Part shown: positions 14,795 through 25,138 of the stretch, piece by piece
Layout: every line of letters begins with the position of its first letter
Numbering within the stretch: the stretch's first letter is position 1
NCBI GenBank assembly: GCA_000934665.2
Contig: KZ537996.1
Span: forward strand, 1 to 64,000
DNA from: Catajapyx aquilonaris
Taxonomy: Eukaryota
DNA length: 64,000 bases
Direction of reading: 5' to 3'
Translations under genes and position numbers: made by a program
The notes under the pieces: model-generated
The model's database searches: none
Told to the model about the DNA's origin: nothing
Seen by the model: the letters and a program-made list of their open reading frames with translations, nothing else

Positions 14795-15050
14795 TAACCG
14801 AAGCAGGTTGATGTGGTGGTTAAGGCGTCCGACTGCTAATCGGGAGGTCCTGGGTTCAATTCCCGGGACCGAAGATCCTGACCGTGGTTTTCTGCGGTTT
14901 TCCACGGTCCCCCAGGATAATTCCGGGATCGCTTCCGTATAATAGGCCACAACCGTTACCTTCCTTCCCTATCCTTGGCCCCATCCAATGGTGGTATTCC
15001 ACCCCCTAATGGAGCGCCGATTCTCCCAATGGGGTTAAATAAATAAATAA
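14795..15050 (+). mobile_element. tRNA-derived SINE, full length, with 15-bp target-site duplication
   Basis: tRNA-like head with an A-box-like region (TGTGGTGGTTAAGG), an anticodon-like arm TCCGA-CTGCTAA-TCGGG and B box GGTTCAATTCC (14853-14863), but no acceptor stem. It ends in a (TAAA)n tail. The direct repeat AATAATTTACGGTTT lies at 14780-14794 and 15051-15065. Confidence 0.92.
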
Positions 15051-15539
15051 AATAATTTACGGTTTATAAATTTCGCGTTCAAACCACACACTGGTCCAAC
15101 TAATTAGCTAAGATCCTTTTCATAAGTAGCTATTTGCTAGGAGTTAATTTCTGGGACAAAATATAACATTGCTAATAATAGTTTGAGTGTAAAGCCTCCG
15201 AACCTCACTTTCCGGCGGTAGTGCTCAACAAAGGTGCTTTCCATTCAACCTAATATTAGCAATATATCACAGCAACTGTTTTTTATAATGTAGCAGCTTA
15301 TAACCAGAATTTATGTAACATGGAAAATTGAGTTTGAAAACACTGTAGTCCTATTTAATAATGCCATCATTTAGTATACTATACGTTTCGCGCATGCGTA
15401 CTGCCAGAATTGAACAGTATGTTTATTTACAGATGAGCCAAAAAAACAGCCGCGAATGCAGTAAATTTTTGGAAACACCTGAGAGGATCCACTAACAACG
15501 CAAGCCGCTGGACTTTTTTGAGTTTTTTTTCTTCCAACA

Positions 15540-16335
15540 AGCGCCATCATTTCGCCGCCATTACAAGCATCCGCCATTGATTATCAGGTATTGTTGTCAT
15601 GAACAGTGTTGCACCCTGGCGGGTGAAACATGGCACTCTGATTAACTCTGTTATACAAAAGGCCACCCCCAATCCATGATAAACGATGGCCACGTAAAAT
15701 TGAAAACCCGGTTGAAAAGTATGAAGCGAGTTTCTGCGGAAACCTAAAGTTTCCGGGAGATTTATCTACCAAGTTATAGCAAGTCTCATATACGTATTTT
15801 AGGTTCCCTTCTCCATCTTGTGGAAGGAGCTCCCCCTCTCTCTCCCACAATTGGTTTCCTCTTGGCCAATCACATTTCTGGTCAGAATACAGCCCACAGA
15901 TGGCTCTGCTTGGAACCAACATGGCCGCACAATCCAAATCATTTCCTCTATTCAATAAAAACTCTGCTTGTGAAAGATTTAAGGCTCACGCTTCTAATTT
16001 ACTTTGCGCTTATTAATGAAAAAAGAATTATTTACTGCTTCATTAGCTCTTCTTAGGGAGCTGAAATTAGGTGGAAAGGTGTGAAAACATTGGAGTGGGG
16101 GAGGAAAAATATTTTTTCGACCTGTCAGCATCGGGGAGAAAAACTTTTAGAGTGGAATTTTTCAATTCTTTCATGACGATTTATGTGTGGGAAGATAGTA
16201 TTTGATACAAAATTGGGGTGAAGTGTGAACAATTAGGGTGAAATAAGATGGCCGCGCTGGAAGCCAATCACAGGCGAGCCCTGTTCATGTATCCTTCCGC
16301 CAGCCGCCATTTTTCTATGGAGCTCTAGATGGCAT
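15540..16335. promoter_or_regulatory. Pho/YY1-motif cluster (PRE-like or promoter-like)
   Basis: Three CGCCAT in 15541-15577, AACATGGCCGC (about 15918), AAGATGGCCGC (about 16245), GCCGCCATTTT (about 16303) and CTCTAGATGGCA (16323), with CCAAT boxes nearby. Confidence 0.3.
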
Positions 16336-19300
16336 ATTCTCATGTTCTAGTAATGTAAATGAATTTTAAAGTGTTATTACAAATGAAATACGGGCAGTCC
16401 CACAACATTACATGTTTTACACACCATCCTAATATTAGTCCACCCACAGGTATCTTGATTTTTGTGGTGTAGTTATTTTGATGCCATTTAGCCTTACCGA
16501 TAAATAGATAAAAATGATACAATATCATCAATACCACTTGCTGCAATTCTAGCGGGTAGAGGTCAAATTCCTGCCGCTGAACAATAACAGACTATTAATT
16601 AGTTACTGACATTTAACATGACAAGAACAAGTCTGACAAGCAATGTAATAGGACTATACACGGCTTACGTAAAACTCTGACAGACATTGTTTCAATTGCG
16701 ATAAATATTGACTAAGTGTCTGTAAATATGTGTTTATCTTATTACATCCTGATTATCCTACGTTTCCAGTGGAATTGTAGACCCCCATATAGGGAGTCTG
16801 TGAGCCATAACAAGGTCAGGATAGGGGACGTGGGTTTTATTGCTGACCGGTCAACCGAGAACTTCTAGGGCAGTGCCTTTATATTTCGGTAAGCGTCGAC
16901 GTGGGAGGTTTTCGCTTTGGTGGGTTACTCATTTAATGATGCTTTTATGCAGGGTAATGTACAAAGTGTGCCAACTCTTGGATTCAGGTTCTCCGTAAAT
17001 TTATCCACAGACAAAATGCCTGTTGATTTTCAAACATTTGGATCCGTTACGAATATAATTTAATATAGGAATTATCCTGTTAGCTATACCACCCCACAGC
17101 TAACTAGCTGGATATTTTTAATGGCAGCAGCAAAGTGAAAAATTAACACATAATTATCTTCATTACGCCGCGAAAATTACCAAACATTAACTGGACGAGG
17201 AATGTCATTGTATAAATATGAAAGAAGCGTGGTTCGACAAAAATTGAGAATTTTTACGATCAATCTGTACACGAGTGCTTAGTGTACCGCCGTACTTATT
17301 AAGGTTAGACTTGAACAGTACCTTCTACACAAAAGACCTAAAACCTTCATGACGCACCAGTAGTACGCCAACTTGTTAAAAAAAGAGGGGCAAAAAATAT
17401 GGTTGTTTATCAATAACATACATACATCACTGTGGTAACAAAATTATCGTATACTCTCTGATTACAATATCGTTAGATTGGAGACTACCACGGCAGTCAA
17501 GTTTCTGTCACTCAAACAAAGCTGTTCAAATCTAACACAAATCCTGCAAATATTTACAAAGGTAAAGCGAAAAGCTTGAAAAAATAGCGATAGAGAGAGA
17601 CATTATACCTGGACTTCAGGGTTTTCATATTTTCCGCACACAACTCAAACAAATATTGCGTAATTGAGGCCTAATTATTGTCAGGTGATATCATATTATA
17701 ATTAGATTGGTAAGGTTAACATACGTACTGCTAAAACGGAAAGTTAGCACAGCTGGCGGGTGATTTCTCGGGATAATTTAGAAGCAATTTGTATAATGTT
17801 ACAGGGCTATTGCGGTTCACCCCTGCCGATTCAGCATATACTTGTACCAAATAAGGCCAGGCCCCAAAGAAGGCCATTTTCTTACACCTCGCCTACTATG
17901 AGCATCTTCCGTATAATTTTCCACCATTGTGATGTACGCTAAGTGGGCTGTCACCGATTGTTAAACTGTCATAAGTTGAGGTCCTTCGAAGTGACTTGTG
18001 ACCAGAGGTGTGCACCGAAGGCATTTTTATCGGCGGATGCGTTTCGCCTGATCCCATTATGTTGATGAAGAGTGTGTTGGATTAATGGAACTGGCATTTT
18101 TATTTTGTGCACACACGTTGTATGTGTTAATGAAAAACATATCTCTGGTGTCGTAAATTATGACGACATACCCTACACAGTCTTATTCAGAATGATTATG
18201 ATTTCAGCACCAATGAAGGTATAGACTCACCTTATACGAGGTAGTCTACACCAGTGCTCAATCATTTTAACTATTATACGTACTAGCGCAATAAATCCAG
18301 CCATAGCTCAATTAATGAGCACTTCTCGCAGTCACAGCTTGGTGCACGCCATCATCCCCAGGCAACATTTCTGACACGAAAACACACAACATACGGTGTA
18401 AAAAGGATCAATCGCTACGAAAATGCACACCCGTGCTACCAAATTGCGTGTCAGTCATTGAAATATAAAACACTTATCGCAGTGGCATAAAAGTCCAAAT
18501 CGATGGTATCGGCCGGGCACGAAAATAACCCCCGGGGGAAGGTTGTATTTTCCGTCAAGTTTTGAGATGAGAACTGGATATGAACTCGTCGTAACACAGG
18601 GCTCTTAATAAATCCACTTGGCTGTAAACAAACCCTGCATGCTATGCTTGCCAGCCCAAATTAATGGTACGAGTTTATTTCCCCAGAAGACCTTTCGCAA
18701 CAATCCAGGCATTATTGCCTGTATCGCCAATTTTTTTATCCAGTCTCTCTGCCCTCTATTATTTGTGTATGCGCGTTTTACTACCAAACCAATTAGCCCG
18801 CAAGGTAACACCGTTCAATTAAACGGCCATTATTTGCAAACGATTGCCCTTCGGTTAACAACACCGCAATGTTGGAGCCAAATTATCCCCAAATCTGGCA
18901 TGGAAATCTGCTAGTTGGAACCGGAACTGAACTGACACAGATTGCACCGCTCACTATTCATAATAGGCCCAATCTCAAACGGAGCTTATGGACCAAATTT
19001 TTATTAGAAAATTTATATTTTTTAAAAAAATTAACCGATGTACAAGTAGTGGATAGTTGACGTTATCGTACTTCATAAGGGACAAACCGGCCCGAAATGC
19101 ATCTAAATCTTCGGTTCAGGCCAGGGTACGACCCTGGTCCGGTCCGATTCTGGTCCTTGGGGAAGCTGCGTTGCCACCACGGGCATAAGATAATGCGATA
19201 CCGACCGAGCGTTCATTAGGAAGGGGTTTAGATATTTGTGACAAACTTTGCTTGTCACAGTGTAGCAGATTGTTTAGCGCGTCTGGCGGCGTTGCCAAAG

Positions 19301-20390
19301 GATGTGTTGGCAATTTTCCCGTTCTACGGAGTTCTGCTGCACCAAAATGCAAAATAAGGAGTTTTATATACCTTCTTGGAGGTGTCTCATCTACATACTA
19401 TTCAGAGCCAAAAATAGTGAAAACATGCTTTAATCAACATTGTTGCTTGAGCTACCTGCTCAGGTATTTTATTTCAGTTTTATGGGGGGTGAAAGCAAAC
19501 AGTGAATTACTATACTTAAGTTAATTTTGAATCGTGTGTTTCTTGGCACATTGTCAATGTTAAATTCCCCTGAAATAAAACGCCATTGTTTTGTCAACAA
19601 GCCTAATATGTAATGTCCTTGTTGTGAATTTTCTACCACATAATTATATGGATATTTCACTAAAATGACCAAATAAGTTATGTGGTCACACTAATAAAAT
19701 TCTCTGCAAATTTGCGCCATACTAAACTGGTCTTTAGGCACATTCATGCTAAGATCAGAAAATTCCTCACTGACGAGAAAAACATGTTGTCAGTGGTTTT
19801 TATAGTGTTTACTGCAACATCTAATTATGCTCGTCATCCATTCCGGGAATGACTCTTAAATAACAGTTGATATAATAATCAGCATCGCATAACTAAATGT
19901 AGAAATGATGGGGTGAAAAAGGGGCCCACAGCATGTTCGCGCCTAAACTCTGACTTTTTGTTATTTTATCCCAGACCCCGGACAAGTAGGTGTAACATTT
20001 TGCCCAGTCTAAATTGGAGGAGGGGAAGAGGAGGATTAATGAATAAATTTATTTATTATTGCAAGGAATATTCGTTGTGATATATTGCAAACATTTTTTA
20101 CATGTTGGCGTGATTGTTATATCGGGACAATTGATGGCACTTTATTGAAAGTTCAGATGTTTGGTTTTGTGTTACCCGCAATTATGAATAAAATAATAAA
20201 TAAGTGCCAAATATTTTCATGTTAACATATCCTCGGTCAGTTTTCTGCCGTTATTTTTAACAGCAACAAATTATTTACGAGATTATAACAATTTCATTTA
20301 GTTTACGTGCTTTCGACCCATAATTTAAAATATAAGTTAATGTAGTAAGGGAAATCTTTCGCAGATCACAAGTGTAGAAAACGGGAAAAA

Positions 20391-20406
20391 ACACACACAC
20401 ACACAC
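20391..20406. repeat. (AC)8 microsatellite
   Basis: Read directly from the sequence. Confidence 0.85.
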
Positions 20407-23400
20407 AAAATTCCCGAAACTATAGAACCGTAGTTTCCGACACAGACGGCATCAAATCCATAAATGACTGTATAAAATTTTATTGCCCCTATTACATCTT
20501 GATTGTGTATATTTCCCTCACATCAGCACATATCGGCAACTGGAAAACTGTAATTTTCAACTAAACGAAACAAGCTCATCACTCTGTATACCGCAGAACA
20601 TTATGTTTATTCGGTGCACGAGCAAACGATGTAAGATGACAGATAATTACACCCTATCCAGATCCTACCTCATGAGTTGTATAACATTTTCTCTGAGCAA
20701 CTGTTGTAATCAGTTAAGCAATATTGCAGCAATTTGTACGAATTTACGGAATAGCCTGTTTTTAATCGCCATAATTGAATACAGAGTAACGTTTTGAACT
20801 GTAATTTTTAAATTAAACATTAATCGTTTCGGATTTAGCTCTACCTACTATTTGTCCTAAGTGCACTACGTGCAACAGGCAGACCATGCTGAATTTGACC
20901 TCCAAAACAGGCAAAATTGCATGCTAGATGGCGCGGACAAGCAGTGCGCCATCTTGCCCGTCGAGCCAATCAGCATCCCTCTCCACAATACATCGGACAT
21001 GGCCACTCACGCGAGCCGGCTCAAGCTTACCAACAGTGTCACATGGCTCAAACAGGATGGAGGGCAATTCATCGGCATATACACACCGACACGCTATCGG
21101 TGTGTCTTGCGTCCATTCATTTCACTCACGGAACATTGACTCTGGTGGCAAGCAAACACTCACAAATGTGTCGCACTTCCTAGAAAAATAAACACCCGGG
21201 AATAAAAATGGCGTCCAGTGCAATAATGTCTAAATTGCCCCCCTTTCATGTTCCCTGTTGTGTAAGAGACCAATGAAAGTTCTTCCGCTCAGGTTGCTAC
21301 CACCAAAGTTTTCTTGTCAACTTGAGTGCAGCAGACCGCAGCGCCAAAATTAAGCTCCTCTGCTCTTCATTTCCCCACCGCAACAAGCAGTCTTACTAAC
21401 ATAGAAGCAACAAAAAGCTAAATGAAAAAAAGGGCCGGAAGCACTTTTTGATGAGTTGGCCCCCTTCTAACTATGTAAAACAATGTCTCCTTGTTGCTTC
21501 AACAAGGGCTAATTAAGCTTAAGGATAATTATGGGTGTCGTGTAATATTACTTGATGATGCGATACATACCAAACGTAACAACTGGTCACGAACTGTTCG
21601 AGAAAGGAGAGCAAAAGACAGTTGTGGTCAACTGATTCGTGCTGGTCTAAAGTGGCCATGCAACGGAATCCCATTGTGCAGATGACCATTCGACCTATTT
21701 ATCAGCGGTTTAGCCTTTTTAGCCTCGGAATCAACTTGTCGGAAGAGCTTACTTGCTAGTTTGCCTCCCGTATTTAGGCTTCCTCTCATGAAAAACCTGT
21801 GACATAACACGGCCCAACTCAACTGGATCGGGGAGGGGCGGGGACCTACAAGCAGGCATACAAGGGGGGAGGGGGGGGGGGTCACATTGCCCTTTGACAC
21901 TACTCATTCAATAATTGGTGGGGAGGGATTGACTGGTTTGAATGAACCATTATTCCAGTTCGTAAATGTTCAAATAAAATTTTGTCTCATTTTCAATTAT
22001 TTTGATATTAAACTTATGTAAGAGAAATTCATGGCATGTGCTCTCAATAACGATAATGTTGCCCACATAAATAAAGGTGCAGGTGTGGAAAGGAAGTGAA
22101 GAAATGAATTGTCGACACAGGAAGCTTTATAACTCATGTTAATTAATAAAGATATGATCAACGCAATTTATTCATTTAATTTCTCATCCCAATTTACATA
22201 TAATCATGAGGTGATCAAATAATTTTCAGTTGCACTTTTGAGGTTTTTCCAAGTTATTGTCGGTGAATTTATGAAAAATTCATCAAGAAATGAGGCTCAG
22301 GTCATGTTTACAGTGTAGGCCTATATGTAGACTGTTATAATAACACTGTTATAGGCACAAGACAAAGGGGCATTCTAGCTACTTGCACATGCAATCACGA
22401 AGCAAAAACCGTCGGCTGGCGGTATTTCTAAAATGAACAACATTATGTTTTGCGACAGCACTTGCAATTGAATGCAAAATCTTTTCCGTCACGCTTTGAG
22501 ACGGGCTTGTTCACCCATTTGTCACGAGTACATATTGCAACAACCCTTGTTGTGAAACAACCATACCCGCAACAATGTCCTCAGGCACGAATTGTCTATT
22601 GCCACACATACACCGATAATCCAAAATGCTCATACACTAGTCACATGCAGTTAAGCAACCTGAAGCGTCATTTTTTTATTTTTTTTGCATCTCCCCCTCC
22701 ATGAATTTTTTGTGTGTGTACCAAGCAACTTTGCATGCTGAATATTGAACAATGCGTGGTCCAGGCTGTAAATCAAAGCCGCGTGTGGTTCATAAGCCCA
22801 GGCGTGATGGCGTCATCCAAATAGTCAGTGAGTACTCGCAATCACGGCCAATGTCACAAGCGATAACCCCAGATGATTGGATAATGTCATGGACTGCAGG
22901 CATGAAAACGATCCGATAAGTTGTAAATATACTTGCATTGTCTTTGTTTTGTGCTCAGCTTACTAAAACCCGAACTCAACAGGTATACAAAAAAATGGCT
23001 GAAATGAGTTCATCATGATGTGATTCATTTCGCAGGAAACGAGAGTACCATCCGGGGAGGTCCTGTTTGCAAAAAAGTGACATTAAGAAATAAAGTGGAA
23101 GAAGAAATTACTTGGGTATCCATTTAACCCGTTTCAACCTCGTGAGAAAATCCGATTAATAAAACCTTATCGAGTGAAAATAATGTGGCCGCGAAAAGAG
23201 GGGGCAGTCGACTTGCCAAATTTACGACACGCTTACCTTACAAGAATGCCTGAGAAATGTCCTCTTTCTCTCTCTTACCGGCAGCTGTGTTGGCATTTTT
23301 TGAAACCCCTCCAAAAAATATGGAGGATTTTTTTTTCCACGTTAATTTAGATTCGCGCAAGATGTCTTACAATTGACCTGGTCGTAAAGTCATAAAAATA

Positions 23401-24920
23401 CTACTATATTTACGACCAACCTATTTTTAAACCGCCATTCAGATCCGACCTAACTATATCAACAATTATGTCACCTATTGTAATGTACACCTACTAATAT
23501 GAAGATGTCTTCTATGTTGACAACACCTGACGTCTATCACCTGCACCGGTACGTGGCAACATGGCCATTCTGAATGGCTGTCATTACTCACAGAGCATAC
23601 ATTAACTGCCACAATCACGTAAACCGGCACACAGGTGATGTTTTAAGTACTACAATAGCCGGTTGGGATTCGAGCCAAACCTACCTTCCGGCCATCCCCC
23701 CCCAAAAAACTGCCCAAGAGTTATAGACCCCTACAAACCACGCCGAAAACCATTTTAATGCATCGTTACACGATTCTGCCTTAGTTTTTCCACAACAAAA
23801 AAAAAAAACGAACTCACTAAAACTTCGGCGGGCTTATCAAAAGTGCCAGACCGTCGGAAATTATGAAACAAATCCGCAATTTATAGCACTAACAGTCATA
23901 AAGGCAATAATGCGTAGTTGAATGTGCGATAAAATCAGGGCGAAACGGTGCTTGCTGAAAGCGGCTGACTGATGGGTGGGGGTGGCAAAAACCGGGGTCT
24001 GTTTAGTCCCCCACCACGTTTTTCCCCCCCCTCCTCACCCCCTGTAGTGTACCGACAAAAACTTAGGAAGTTCACCCCTAAAAATTTTGGCCCAAACTAA
24101 CCTTGTATTTTAGGCGACGTGGGCGATCCGGGGCAGGGTGCCCACCTCCATAAAACGGCTATACGTGTGAAATTCGAGCGAGGAGGCAGCAATGCGTGAG
24201 TTAAGTATTGGCGATGGTTTCGGGGGGTAGGGGGGGTAGGGTAGCTGAAGGATGGGGAGAGGAGGGGTGGAGGGGAACCAGAGAGCGCCTAGAAGCCCCG
24301 CATGCTTCACGCCGCTAGGGTGGATCACGTGACTTGGCTCTCCGACCAACCAAACCCCGTGCTAATTGATGCCGCCTTTCTATGGCGCCCGCCTTCTGCC
24401 ACGCCGGACCGCCAAATTTTGAAAAGTACTGAAGACCATGCGGTACTGCGCAATCACGGTTGGGTGATGTTGGAGTGAATTAGATGAAATAATTAGGTGG
24501 GCATGTACGAATGGGTAATTAAACGTTTGGGGGAGTAATTATTTCCGGTGAGATTTCATGCATATTGTGATCGGGGTCCAATTACATGAGGTGTGAACCG
24601 TGCTTCCCAGGCAATTTTTTTCGTATGTTTGGTGCTTACAGTGTAGTCGCGAGCATAGTGGACGGTAGACCAAAGGAAGAGCCCTCTACCGTCCACATAT
24701 GAACATGCAGTGTGCAGGCAAAATGTGACTCAGATACCGTATACTAAAAACTTGGTGGGTGTAAATTTATATAATTATAATGATATATAATTATATGTAT
24801 GTTGGCGGATGCTAAATGTGTAAATAGTGTGTAAAAAGTGTGTACTAAATGCACTAAAGGCACCAAGGTGTCTGAGAATGAAGAGGTCTTAGTTAGTCTC
24901 ACTGGATGATATAATATTAA

Positions 24921-25138
24921 TAACTGAAGACCTCGGGGAAGAACGATCAAGGTCCACTTTTTGTCAAAAATGAGTTACATATCTCATAAGATAGTTTCAC
25001 TAGTGTAGAATATGATGGTTTGGTCGTGGTTGTGGCGTAATCATAGGCCATTATAAAAGGACCCGAAATTTGAAATTGCAATACCTCAGTTTCACATCAG
25101 GTGGACTTTGATCGTTCTTCCCCCGAGGTCTTCAATTA
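24921..25138. mobile_element. MITE-like element with 37/38-bp terminal inverted repeats and probable TA target duplication
   Basis: Left end TAACTGAAGACCTCGGGGAAGAACGATCAAGGTCCAC (24921-24957). Reverse complement of 25101-25138 is TAATTGAAGACCTCGGGGGAAGAACGATCAAAGTCCAC (2 substitutions, 1 indel). The interior is 143 bp, non-coding, and TA sits at both outer ends. Confidence 0.8.

Noticed and set aside
14800..14872. Possible functional tRNA-Ser(GCT) gene
   Set aside because: No acceptor stem or long variable arm. It continues into a SINE body and tail and is bounded by a TSD.
24846..24856. TAAATGCACTA matches the 5' half of miR-277; similar 10-12-nt matches to miR-124 (about 43518), miR-92 (about 2541 and 44999) and miR-281 (about 3026)
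   Set aside because: The 3' halves diverge and there are no adequate precursor hairpins. Such matches are expected by chance.
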